Source: Cyclobacteriaceae bacterium (GTDB lineage Bacteria > Bacteroidota > Bacteroidia > Cytophagales > Cyclobacteriaceae). From it: a stretch of DNA of 64,000 nt. The stretch is from positions 4,898 through 68,897 of the forward strand of contig JBKCJM010000056.1 in assembly GCA_046301755.1 (NCBI GenBank), read 5' to 3'. Below are positions 16,270 through 24,629 of the stretch, one piece after another. The position numbers were made by a program, and so were the translations under genes. The notes under the pieces were generated by a model that worked only from the letters and a program-made list of their open reading frames with translations, was not told the origin of the DNA and made no database searches. Within the stretch, counting starts at the first letter, position 1. Each line of letters starts with the position of its first letter.

Positions 16270-18771
16270 TCAGGAGTTGGCTTTCAGGATTACCCTGCGC
16301 AAAACTGCCTCAATTGGAAACACGACCAACGCAATACTTACTTGTACAAAAAACTCAATTACGGGAGAACTCTTCAACGACAGCAGTGAATACAGCACGG
16401 CTTGCAAAAACTGGATGAGCAACACAACCGTAAGCAGAGAAAGAATTCGACTGATGATGCGGTACTTGCTGTTCGCTGAACTCATGCGTATGGAAAGCCA
16501 CACCAGGGCCGAAAAGAGGAGGAACTCCAACGCATAAAACCAGGAGCGCTTCCAGTATGGAGCCTTTACCTCGAAGTCGACCGTGGCAGCCATTGACTCC
16601 TGACCCAAAACGTTCTTTGCCTGCATCACCAGTTGATAGTTTCCCACAGGCAAATAGGAAAAGTTGACCTGGCTGTTGGCAGCGGACCAGCCCGACCATT
16701 TGTTGAACAGGCCTTTAACCTGGTAGCGATACTCCATCGCCTGAAGGCTGACGTAGTCGGGCTGCACAAACTCAAACGTAACTCCGCCCTGATCCTGCGT
16801 TACCAGGATCCGTTTGGCAGGAGGCAGTGCAGCTTGCTCGGTGCGCACCTGCCGCAACATCAGCGGATGCTTTTCCACCGAAGGCGCTTTGTTCTCGTGG
16901 GGTATAAATTTATACAGCCGGTTATCGCCCGATACTACCCACAAGGCCTGCTCGCCCTGGGCCGGAGCGAGGTGCCGCAGCCGCGGAAAAAGCGAAAGCC
17001 ACTCCAATCGGAGTTTCTGCAGGCGCTTGTCAATCGTTCGCCACCCATGGCCATCATTAAACCAGAAACTTCCGGAGGATGCAAAATACTTTCGCGGCCC
17101 GGGCAACGAATCATATCGAACTAACTGGTTGGACTGCCCCTCGTATCGGTAAAACGTACCTGAAGCCGCAATGTATACTTCCGATCCATACGCGAGGCCG
17201 ACCGTCTCGTTTAACGTGGGATTGCTGATCGGCACAGTCTTTACATCCGAAACAACACCTTCCAGCGTTTCAAGCTTATATACATTTCGGCTGCCACACA
17301 GCCAGACATTATCGAGCCGATCCTCAAAAATATGGGCGATATGATCGCGTAAGGAATCTACAATCACTTCGCGATACCAGTTTTTCGAAAACGGCTGGAG
17401 AGCGAGCATTTCGTTCTCGTACGTGCTGGCCAAAAGCCGATCAAGCGATGTCGAATACATCATGGTACGTATAGGCGCTTTGTAGACCGGCACTGTGGAG
17501 AGGCCACTTACTTCGAACAAACCGGCCGAACCACCAGCCAGCAGCTTTCCGTTAACCTCAATTAATTGGGTGATTTTGCCATCAATCCCTGCTACGCGCT
17601 TGAAGCTAAATGACTCAACTGAAGGTAGTGGCGTTGGCTGCGCTGGCGGTACAGGCATCTTGCCCCTGGCGCGCGAGCGGCCACCGGGCATGGCTGCAGG
17701 CGCGGCACCAGGCGAACTTTCGGACCCGGGCACAAGCCGGAAGAGGCCAACCGTAGTACCGACATACAACACGCCAGGCTTTGAAAACACGGTGAGCAAA
17801 TTGCCCGTCAGGCCTGGATAATGATCGAATGCACGAAACGGGATATCAGGCGCAATGCGGGTAAACCCATACTGATGGGCAACCCATACGCCTAAGTCGT
17901 GGTCAACAAACAAAGAATATACTTCGTTGTCCGGAAGGCCCGAATCATAATCAATAACCTCACGGATTTTGCCGGTGGATTTGTCAACGAAAATGACGCC
18001 ACCACGAAGAGTGCCAATAGCAGCCAGCGCAGGCGTTACCGAAACAGCCGTTACAAGTGAAACGCGGCCGAGCAGCAAACGATCCTCCAGCACCAACTCC
18101 TCCCAACTGCCGTTCTGTTTCATCACGAGCAGACGATTGGCAGACGTGCCGACAACGGAAGCAGTGCTGTCCCAGTCATGCACAAACGAGATTTGTTCAT
18201 CACGCCCAAGCGGAAGTACGATCGCGTTGGGTTCCGGTTGATCGACATAGTAAAGGGCTGAAGCCGTAAAGGCAACCGGCCGGCCAAACACACTGCCGCC
18301 ACCCTTCCACGAATCCTGGCCAGGGGCTTTCACCTGCGCGCTGATCGTCTCGGTTGCGACATCAAAAACAGCAATGCTGTTTTCTCCAATCCGGTAGAGC
18401 ATGCTGTCGTTAGCGATCAGCGTAAGCACAGGGCCGCTGTCGAATTTTTGGTATTGCGGAAAATCGTGCCGATCAGCACCCAGCTTGCCGGTGCCGTCAA
18501 TGCCTCCGGCAAAAACTTTGCCGCCAGCCAACTGCAACGAAAACACCGCACCGGACGACTGAACGATTTTCCAGGTGCGGCCGTCAAACTCGAGTATACC
18601 CTGACGGTTGGCAAAAAAAAGAATGCCTTCGCGATTCTGCACGATACTGCGGGTGAAGTACTCAAGACGATCATCCGCGGGTGCGTGATGCGACAAGTAG
18701 AAATCACCTGCCTGTGACCAGGCCGAAAAATATGCCAACCATAGAACCCAGGACAGGGGAAAAACCTTCAT
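16270..18771 (-). CDS. two-component-regulator-propeller / Y_Y_Y sensor-type protein with C-terminal TM helices and no output domain
   Basis: Signal peptide MKVFPLSWVLWLAYFSAWSQ (ATG 18771) is followed by long beta-propeller-like repeats. A Y_Y_Y-type segment follows (MEYRYQVKGLFNKWSGWS..VNFSYLPVGNYQLVMQAKN). Then come about three hydrophobic helices and a stop. Confidence 0.7.
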   Translation of the reverse strand: MKVFPLSWVLWLAYFSAWSQAGDFYLSHHAPADDRLEYFTRSIVQNREGILFFANRQGILEFDGRTWKIVQSSGAVFSLQLAGGKVFAGGIDGTGKLGADRHDFPQYQKFDSGPVLTLIANDSMLYRIGENSIAVFDVATETISAQVKAPGQDSWKGGGSVFGRPVAFTASALYYVDQPEPNAIVLPLGRDEQISFVHDWDSTASVVGTSANRLLVMKQNGSWEELVLEDRLLLGRVSLVTAVSVTPALAAIGTLRGGVIFVDKSTGKIREVIDYDSGLPDNEVYSLFVDHDLGVWVAHQYGFTRIAPDIPFRAFDHYPGLTGNLLTVFSKPGVLYVGTTVGLFRLVPGSESSPGAAPAAMPGGRSRARGKMPVPPAQPTPLPSVESFSFKRVAGIDGKITQLIEVNGKLLAGGSAGLFEVSGLSTVPVYKAPIRTMMYSTSLDRLLASTYENEMLALQPFSKNWYREVIVDSLRDHIAHIFEDRLDNVWLCGSRNVYKLETLEGVVSDVKTVPISNPTLNETVGLAYGSEVYIAASGTFYRYEGQSNQLVRYDSLPGPRKYFASSGSFWFNDGHGWRTIDKRLQKLRLEWLSLFPRLRHLAPAQGEQALWVVSGDNRLYKFIPHENKAPSVEKHPLMLRQVRTEQAALPPAKRILVTQDQGGVTFEFVQPDYVSLQAMEYRYQVKGLFNKWSGWSAANSQVNFSYLPVGNYQLVMQAKNVLGQESMAATVDFEVKAPYWKRSWFYALEFLLFSALVWLSIRMSSANSKYRIISRILSLLTVVLLIQFLQAVLYSLLSLKSSPVIEFFVQVSIALVVFPIEAVLRRVILKANS

Positions 18772-18789
18772 GTCGGGTAAAGACAATTT

Positions 18790-18797
18790 CAAATATA
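18790..18797 (-). promoter_or_regulatory. Bacteroidota -7 element (TATATTTG on the minus strand) for the sensor gene
   Basis: The plus strand reads CAAATATA. It matches TAnnTTTG and lies 18 nt upstream of ATG 18771. Confidence 0.35.
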
Positions 18798-18811
18798 TTG
18801 AATTCTGCCTA

Positions 18812-20842
18812 TCAACTGATACGGCTCCAGTTGACAACTGACTTTTTCATACGCTCAATTTGCTCGCGAACAACGGCATGCTGGGGCAGTGCCAGTGTCG
18901 GATCGCGCTGCAATAGTTCTGTGGCCGCTTCGCGTGCCTGCTTTAACAAGTCGCCATCTTTGGCGAGGTCGGCAATGAGCAAGTCAAGCACACCGCTTTG
19001 CTGCGTGCCCATCAAATCGCCTGGCCCGCGCAGGTTGAGGTCGGCCTCGGCAATTTCAAATCCATTGTTCGTTCGCACCAGAGTTTCAATGCGTACGCGC
19101 GCTTCGGAACTCAGTTTGTTGCCGGTCATGAGCAGGCAATACGACTGCTCGGCACCGCGACCCACGCGACCGCGCAATTGGTGAAGCTGGGAAAGACCAA
19201 ATCGTTCAGCATTTTCAATAATCATCACGCTGGCATTGGGCACATCGACCCCCACTTCAATCACGGTAGTTGCGACCATGATTTTTGTCTCGTTTTTCAC
19301 AAACCGGGCCATCTCATAGTCCTTTGCCTCTGGTTTCATCTGGCCATGCACAATACTTACGGGCACATCGGGAAACGCCCGCGAAATGCTTTCATAGCCG
19401 TCCATCAGGTGCTTCAAATCCAACTTTTCGGATTCATCGATCAGCGGGTAGACAATGTAAATCTGCCGCCCGAGTGCTATTTGCTCGCGCATAAACGCGT
19501 GTACCTGCAGGCGATGCGAATCAAACCGGTGGACCGTTTTAATCGGTTTGCGTCCCTTTGGCAACTCATCGATCACGGAGACATCCAGATCTCCGTATAA
19601 GGTCATAGCCAGTGTGCGCGGTATCGGTGTCGCTGTCATCACCAGCACATGCGGATACGTGTCATTGTTTTTCTGCCATAGCCGTGAACGCTGCGCGACA
19701 CCGAACCGGTGCTGCTCATCAATAACGGCTAAACCCAGGCGTTGAAACTTAACTTCCTCTTCCAACAGCGCATGGGTACCAACCAAAATTTTTAGATGGC
19801 CGGCTTGCAAGGCTGCGTGTAACGGCTTTCGCTCGGATTTTTTCACTGAGCCGGTAAGTAAGGCAATGGGCAGCTTCATCGCATCGGCAAGCCGCCTGAG
19901 GTTATTAAAATGTTGCTGCGCAAGAATCTCGGTAGGCGCCATCAGCACGGCCTGAGCATCGCTGCCAATGGCCAGCAACATGCAGATGAAGGCTACGATG
20001 GTTTTACCGCTGCCCACATCACCCTGAAGCAGCCGGTTCATTTGCCGGCCTGATTTCATGTCGGCATAAATTTCCTTCACCACCCGTTTTTGGGCGTTGG
20101 TTAGCGGAAACGGCAGCTGCGTGTTGTAAAACTGCGTCAGCAAGGTGGTGTCAGAAAATGCGAAGCCGCGAAACTTATCCTGCCTCACCAGCTTGAGCTT
20201 CAACAGGCGCAATTGAATGAAAAACAGTTCCTCAAACTTGAGCCGCGCTTGCGCGCTCTGCAGGCTTTGCTGATCATTCGGAAAATGAATGTGTTGCACT
20301 GCCTCCCGTTTTGGCATGAGGTTATGTTGCCGGATGAGCTGCTCGGGGAGTGTTTCGTGAATGTGGGATGGCGCTAACGCCAGCAATTGCTGCTGCAGTT
20401 TGATCAACACTTTGTTGTCGAGATGGCGGGCACGCAGTTTTTCCGAGAGCGGATAAACGGGCTGCAAAAAACCGCTGGTGTTGCTTTGGGTGGCAGGTGC
20501 TTCCACTTCCGGATGAGCAATGGAAAACCGGCTGCCGTACCGAACCGGTTTGCCAAATACGATGTACTCAACAGCTGGTTTGATTTTATCGAGCACCCAG
20601 GAAATACCCTGAAACCAGACTAGTTCCAATTCGCCTGTTCCATCGGTGAACCGGGCCACAAGGCGCTTTTTCCGGTGTACCCCCACCACTTCCATTTTGG
20701 TGATGTGGCCGCGCACCTGCACATTCGGCATATCGTCCATGATTTCGCGTACAGCAAAAAACCGCGTGCGGTCGTCATACCGAAAAGGATAATGCTGAAT
20801 CAAATCGGCAAACGTGAAGATGCCGAGTTCCTTATTTAACAA
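18812..20842 (-). CDS. recG: ATP-dependent DNA helicase RecG
   Basis: Walker A GDVGSGKT, the DEQHRFG box, and the wedge/N-terminal motif YPFRYDDRT are present. The conserved N-terminus continues upstream of the TTG at 20842 (see findings). Confidence 0.9.
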   Translation of the reverse strand: MLNKELGIFTFADLIQHYPFRYDDRTRFFAVREIMDDMPNVQVRGHITKMEVVGVHRKKRLVARFTDGTGELELVWFQGISWVLDKIKPAVEYIVFGKPVRYGSRFSIAHPEVEAPATQSNTSGFLQPVYPLSEKLRARHLDNKVLIKLQQQLLALAPSHIHETLPEQLIRQHNLMPKREAVQHIHFPNDQQSLQSAQARLKFEELFFIQLRLLKLKLVRQDKFRGFAFSDTTLLTQFYNTQLPFPLTNAQKRVVKEIYADMKSGRQMNRLLQGDVGSGKTIVAFICMLLAIGSDAQAVLMAPTEILAQQHFNNLRRLADAMKLPIALLTGSVKKSERKPLHAALQAGHLKILVGTHALLEEEVKFQRLGLAVIDEQHRFGVAQRSRLWQKNNDTYPHVLVMTATPIPRTLAMTLYGDLDVSVIDELPKGRKPIKTVHRFDSHRLQVHAFMREQIALGRQIYIVYPLIDESEKLDLKHLMDGYESISRAFPDVPVSIVHGQMKPEAKDYEMARFVKNETKIMVATTVIEVGVDVPNASVMIIENAERFGLSQLHQLRGRVGRGAEQSYCLLMTGNKLSSEARVRIETLVRTNNGFEIAEADLNLRGPGDLMGTQQSGVLDLLIADLAKDGDLLKQAREAATELLQRDPTLALPQHAVVREQIERMKKSVVNWSRIS

Positions 20843-20987
20843 AGCCGCTCGTTGGGGGCCAACGCCCTTGAGAAATTCGATCGGGGTTTCGAAAAAACTA
20901 GTCAGGTGCAGCTATTTGGAGGAAAGCAAAGTAAGCCCAACCGCAGGCATCATCAAAATGCAGGCGGCTGACGGTGCGGCTATACTG

Positions 20988-21569
20988 TCAGCGTTTCCAC
21001 TCCACCGTATTGATGAGGTGCATGGCCTCGCGCTTCATATACTCAATGGCCGGTGCCAGTGAATCGTTGGCCACGCGTGTGTTGAAATACACGGCTCCCC
21101 GCAAAAAGTTTCGGGTGGAGTCTGTCATGGTGAACTGAAACTGGCTGGGCACCTCGCCTGAAATTTCGGCAATCACAGCCGTTTTTCCACTTGGGGTACG
21201 CACGTTCACCTCATCGATACCATACGCCTTGATTTGATGTTTCGCGGTAAGGCGATAGGCATCATCCATTAGTTCGCGCAGCACGTCCTGGCGATTTTGT
21301 ACTTGCTTATAAGTAATGTGGATGTTCGCTCGCAAATCCGGGTAATAAATTTCCACCCAGTGCCTCTCCCGAATCCACGATGTATCGCGCATCAACCGGG
21401 CATGGCGGGAGTATTCAAACCGATACGGCAATGAATCGGGAGTAACCTGATAGGCGGGCTCGGGCAACACAAGTCGGTTGTAGCCTCGGGGCTTCGGTTG
21501 ATAGTTCGTTCCGCACGAACCCATCAAGAGCCCGGCTACTACTGACGCTACAAGAACCGAAAACTTCAT
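20988..21569 (-). CDS. gldD: gliding motility lipoprotein GldD
   Basis: Lipobox LLMGSCG is followed by PKPRGYNRLVLPEPAY, the GldD N-terminal signature as I recall it. Length is 193 aa. Confidence 0.65.
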   Translation of the reverse strand: MKFSVLVASVVAGLLMGSCGTNYQPKPRGYNRLVLPEPAYQVTPDSLPYRFEYSRHARLMRDTSWIRERHWVEIYYPDLRANIHITYKQVQNRQDVLRELMDDAYRLTAKHQIKAYGIDEVNVRTPSGKTAVIAEISGEVPSQFQFTMTDSTRNFLRGAVYFNTRVANDSLAPAIEYMKREAMHLINTVEWKR

Positions 21570-21575
21570 CCGCGA

Positions 21576-22013
21576 TCAGAACGGCAAATCGTCAGTAGCC
21601 GTATCTGCCGTTGGTTTAAATTCTTCTTGTGGTGCGCTGTAGCCGCCACCTGAACTGCGCTCGGTATTGCTGCTACCGCTACCGCGTGTGCTTAGCATGG
21701 TCATGTTATCACCTACTACCTCAGTCGTATAGCGGGTTACACCTTCCTTCTCCCACGAGCGGGTGCGCAACTTACCCTCGATGTACACCATGTCGCCTTT
21801 ATGTAAATACTTGGCTGCAATGTCGGCCAGGCCCCGCCACAGCACGATGTTGTGCCACTCGGTTACCTCTTTGCGATCGCCTGTGGTTTTGTCGCGGTAA
21901 GTTTCGGACGTAGCGAGTGTAAAATTGCAGACTGTGGCCCCGCTTTCGAGACTGCGAACCTCCGGGTCTTTTCCCAGTCTGCCGACTAAAATCACTTTGT
22001 TTACTCCAGACAT
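21576..22013 (-). CDS. ssb: single-stranded DNA-binding protein
   Basis: OB-fold N-terminus [20 protein letters not shown], a Gly/Ser-rich linker and the acidic tail DDLPF. Confidence 0.95.
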   Translation of the reverse strand: MSGVNKVILVGRLGKDPEVRSLESGATVCNFTLATSETYRDKTTGDRKEVTEWHNIVLWRGLADIAAKYLHKGDMVYIEGKLRTRSWEKEGVTRYTTEVVGDNMTMLSTRGSGSSNTERSSGGGYSAPQEEFKPTADTATDDLPF

Positions 22014-22066
22014 ACTATTTAATAGTTTGGTTATTGCGTGATCGGGCGCTCATGCGCGCAACAAAA

Positions 22067-23146
22067 CTACCATTTTTTGCCGGCCGATGTTTTCATATCG
22101 TGCAGGTACCGGTTGATGATTACAGGTTTTGGCAACCGCTCAACCTGGTGGAGAGAGTAGAAGCGGCCGTCTGTCTCCTTTTGAATCCGGGCCGCCTGCG
22201 CCTTCGTCTTTAGCTCCACGTAAACCATCTGAATATGCAGTCGTTGGTGCGACAGCAGGTGTTGGTAGCTGACCTGCTTCGAAATTGCCGAGGACGGGCC
22301 GAGTGGCAACCCGCATGTTTTAACCGCAGATGCAACTGACCGTTTTGCCTTTGTCTCAATCAGGTAAAACTCGTAAAGTCCGTTCCAGATATCCGCTCCG
22401 GTTCGCGGCTTGAGAAGCAGATTTTTGCCATGGGCAAATACCAGGTAAGTGAAGTAGCGGTGACGCACCGGTGCCTTCTTACTTTTTACCGGAAAATCCT
22501 GAACCCGCTGGTGCTGATAAGCCTCACAGTTTTTGCTAAACGGACACGCAGAGCAGTCGGGCGCTTTAGGTGTGCATTGCAGCGCACCAAATTCCATCAG
22601 GGCCTGGTTAAAAATATCCGGAGCTTCGGATACCAATAAGTCGTTGGCCAGACGGGAAAACTTTTCTTTGGTGGCCGGGCGGGCGATGTCGTCTTCCAAA
22701 CCAAAGATCCTCGCCAACACCCGGAATACATTTCCATCCACGACTGCAACCGGTTCGCGGAAAGAAATAGATGCGATGGCAGCAGCCGTGTACGGGCCGA
22801 TGCCCGGCAACTCAAGAAGCTGAGCATACGTGGAGGGGAATACTCCTCCAAAGTTGCGCACAACGCGTTGCGCGCAGGCGTGAAGGTTGCGTGCCCGGGT
22901 GTAGTAACCCAGGCCTTGCCATAACCGCAGCACGCTCTGCTGAGGTGCGGCAGCCAGAAGGTTAACCGTGGGATAGGCACTGACAAATCGCTGATAATAG
23001 GGCAAGCCTTGCGCAACCCGGGTTTGTTGTAAGATGATCTCCGACAGCCAGATTTTGTACGGGTCTCGCGTTTCGCGCCAGGGCAATGGGCGCTTATGCT
23101 CAGCGTACCAATCCAGCAAACGGTGGGCAAAAATTCGCTTATTCAT
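22067..23146 (-). CDS. mutY: A/G-specific adenine DNA glycosylase MutY
   Basis: HhH-GPD motif LPGIGPYTAAAI, Fe-S cluster loop CTPKAPDCSACPFSKNC and a C-terminal NUDIX-like domain. Confidence 0.9.
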   Translation of the reverse strand: MNKRIFAHRLLDWYAEHKRPLPWRETRDPYKIWLSEIILQQTRVAQGLPYYQRFVSAYPTVNLLAAAPQQSVLRLWQGLGYYTRARNLHACAQRVVRNFGGVFPSTYAQLLELPGIGPYTAAAIASISFREPVAVVDGNVFRVLARIFGLEDDIARPATKEKFSRLANDLLVSEAPDIFNQALMEFGALQCTPKAPDCSACPFSKNCEAYQHQRVQDFPVKSKKAPVRHRYFTYLVFAHGKNLLLKPRTGADIWNGLYEFYLIETKAKRSVASAVKTCGLPLGPSSAISKQVSYQHLLSHQRLHIQMVYVELKTKAQAARIQKETDGRFYSLHQVERLPKPVIINRYLHDMKTSAGKKW

Positions 23147-23248
23147 TCGTTGCGGCTGCGAAACTTTAAAAAAGGCAGCGTTGAAAAAAGGCTTCGCGCA
23201 TCAATTTGAACAGTTTAACGCATCTTTTTGATTATCAAAGATTTCATT

Positions 23249-23278
23249 TTGTGAATGACGCGTAGGGAGCTAAATTTG
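23249..23278 (+). promoter_or_regulatory. Bacteroidota sigma-A type promoter (-33 TTG, -7 TAAATTTG) for the HU gene
   Basis: TTG at 23249-23251 is followed 19 nt later by TAAATTTG at 23271-23278. The motif ends 26 nt upstream of the GTG start at 23305. Confidence 0.45.
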
Positions 23279-23304
23279 CCTTCCTCTTACCAAACCTACC
23301 GACC

Positions 23305-23616
23305 GTGACGAAGGCTGATATCATTAATCAAATCGCAGAAAAAACCGGCATCGATAAGGCTGATGTCACTGCGAGCGTGGAAGCATTCTTCAATATTGTA
23401 AAAACCAACATGTCGAATGGTCACAATATTTATGTGCGCGGGTTTGGAAGCTTCATCAATAAAAAGCGTAAGAAAAAAATTGCCAGAAATATTTCGCGCA
23501 ACACGGCAATTGTAATTGACGAGCATTATATACCCAGCTTTAAGCCCGCCAAAATCTTCATCAACAAGATTAAAAACAGCGAAAAAGTAAAACTGCTGGC
23601 CGAGAAGCAAGCCTGA
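23305..23616 (+). CDS. HU-family DNA-binding protein
   Basis: MTKADIINQIAEKTGIDKADV..VRGFGSF..RNTAIVIDEHYIPSFKPAK is the HU/IHF fold pattern. The start codon is GTG. Confidence 0.9.
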   Translation: MTKADIINQIAEKTGIDKADVTASVEAFFNIVKTNMSNGHNIYVRGFGSFINKKRKKKIARNISRNTAIVIDEHYIPSFKPAKIFINKIKNSEKVKLLAEKQA

Positions 23617-23635
23617 CCGGTTCGCCTGAACACCG

Positions 23636-24436
23636 ATGTGGAAGTCAAGGATTTTATTGCTGGTGGTAGCCGTGGGCGTGGGTACCGGTCTCTACCTGTT
23701 GCCCAAATCCGTTGTCGAAAACGAAAGTCAGCTTAAAGGCGAGACGGTTGCAACCTCCGCGGCCGACCCGCATAGCGATGTCCCACAAGCTCTTGAACAA
23801 GCAATTGCGGCTCTGCGGCAGGTAGCCCAACCTGTGCGGAATGAAAAAAGTGCTACTTTTGCCGACTCGTTGAGTCGATTATACGCCCAGGCAGGCCGAT
23901 ATGACAGCTCAGCCTGGTTTGCCGGTGAAGCGGCAACGTTCTTTAAGAGTTTGGAATCGTACCAATATGCTGCCGAGCGGTACTATGAAGCATATAGTTT
24001 TGCCGTTGATCAGCAGAAGCAAAAGGTTTTGGCGGGTGAAGCTCAGCGTTTCCTCAAGGAAGTGCTGGAAAAACAGCCGGATAATCTCGAGGTGCAGGGT
24101 AAACTGGCCATGACTTTGCTTGCGACCGCCCCGCCCATGCAAGGCATCCGCAAACTGCAGGAAATCATTCAGCAAGATCCGGATAACGAATTTGCGCTGT
24201 TCAACCTGGGCATGCTGTCGGTGCAAACCAGTCAATATGAGCGTGCTCAGAACTACCTCACCCGCCTGTTAGCAATCAAACCCGACCACAGCCAGGCCCG
24301 AATGCTGCTGGGGGTGGCGTATCTGAATGCAGGCGACAAAGAGAAGGCAAGAGTTGAGTTCGAAGAAGTGAAAAAACGCGATGCCGACCCTGCGGTGCAG
24401 GCAGCGGCCGATTCCTACCTGAAAGATTTAAGATAA
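23636..24436 (+). CDS. membrane-anchored TPR-repeat protein
   Basis: An N-terminal TM helix (ILLLVVAVGVGTGLYLL) is followed by TPR-like repeats (LGMLSVQTSQYERAQNYLTRLLAIKPDH, LGVAYLNAGDKEKA). Confidence 0.7.
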   Translation: MWKSRILLLVVAVGVGTGLYLLPKSVVENESQLKGETVATSAADPHSDVPQALEQAIAALRQVAQPVRNEKSATFADSLSRLYAQAGRYDSSAWFAGEAATFFKSLESYQYAAERYYEAYSFAVDQQKQKVLAGEAQRFLKEVLEKQPDNLEVQGKLAMTLLATAPPMQGIRKLQEIIQQDPDNEFALFNLGMLSVQTSQYERAQNYLTRLLAIKPDHSQARMLLGVAYLNAGDKEKARVEFEEVKKRDADPAVQAAADSYLKDLR

Positions 24437-24489
24437 ACTCCGGACCGAACGGCCCGGAGTGGAAACCATAAACTAACACATTTTAAAGT

Positions 24490-24579
24490 ATGCCAAGCGG
24501 TAAGAAAAGAAAGAAACACAAAATGGCGACCCACAAGCGCAAGAAGCGTTTGAGAAAGAATCGCCACAAGAAGAAGTAA
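24490..24579 (+). CDS. 29-aa Lys/Arg-rich peptide, bS22 / mS38 (AURKAIP1/COX24)-like small ribosomal protein candidate
   Basis: ATG..TAA translates to MPSGKKRKKHKMATHKRKKRLRKNRHKKK. It is absent from the ORF track because it is too short. An 8-bp GC stem-loop (24595-24613) follows it. Confidence 0.6.
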   Translation: MPSGKKRKKHKMATHKRKKRLRKNRHKKK

Positions 24580-24629
24580 ATTGAATTAATAACCGCCCCG
24601 ACTCAGTCGGGGCACAACCATCAAAAGTT

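Noticed and set aside
23147-23304. Possible oriC at the mutY/HU divergent gap
   Set aside because: The gap is only 158 bp. The best DnaA-box matches are 6 of 9 and 7 of 9, and I saw no AT-rich repeat unit. I kept only the strand-switch observation as a low-interest finding.
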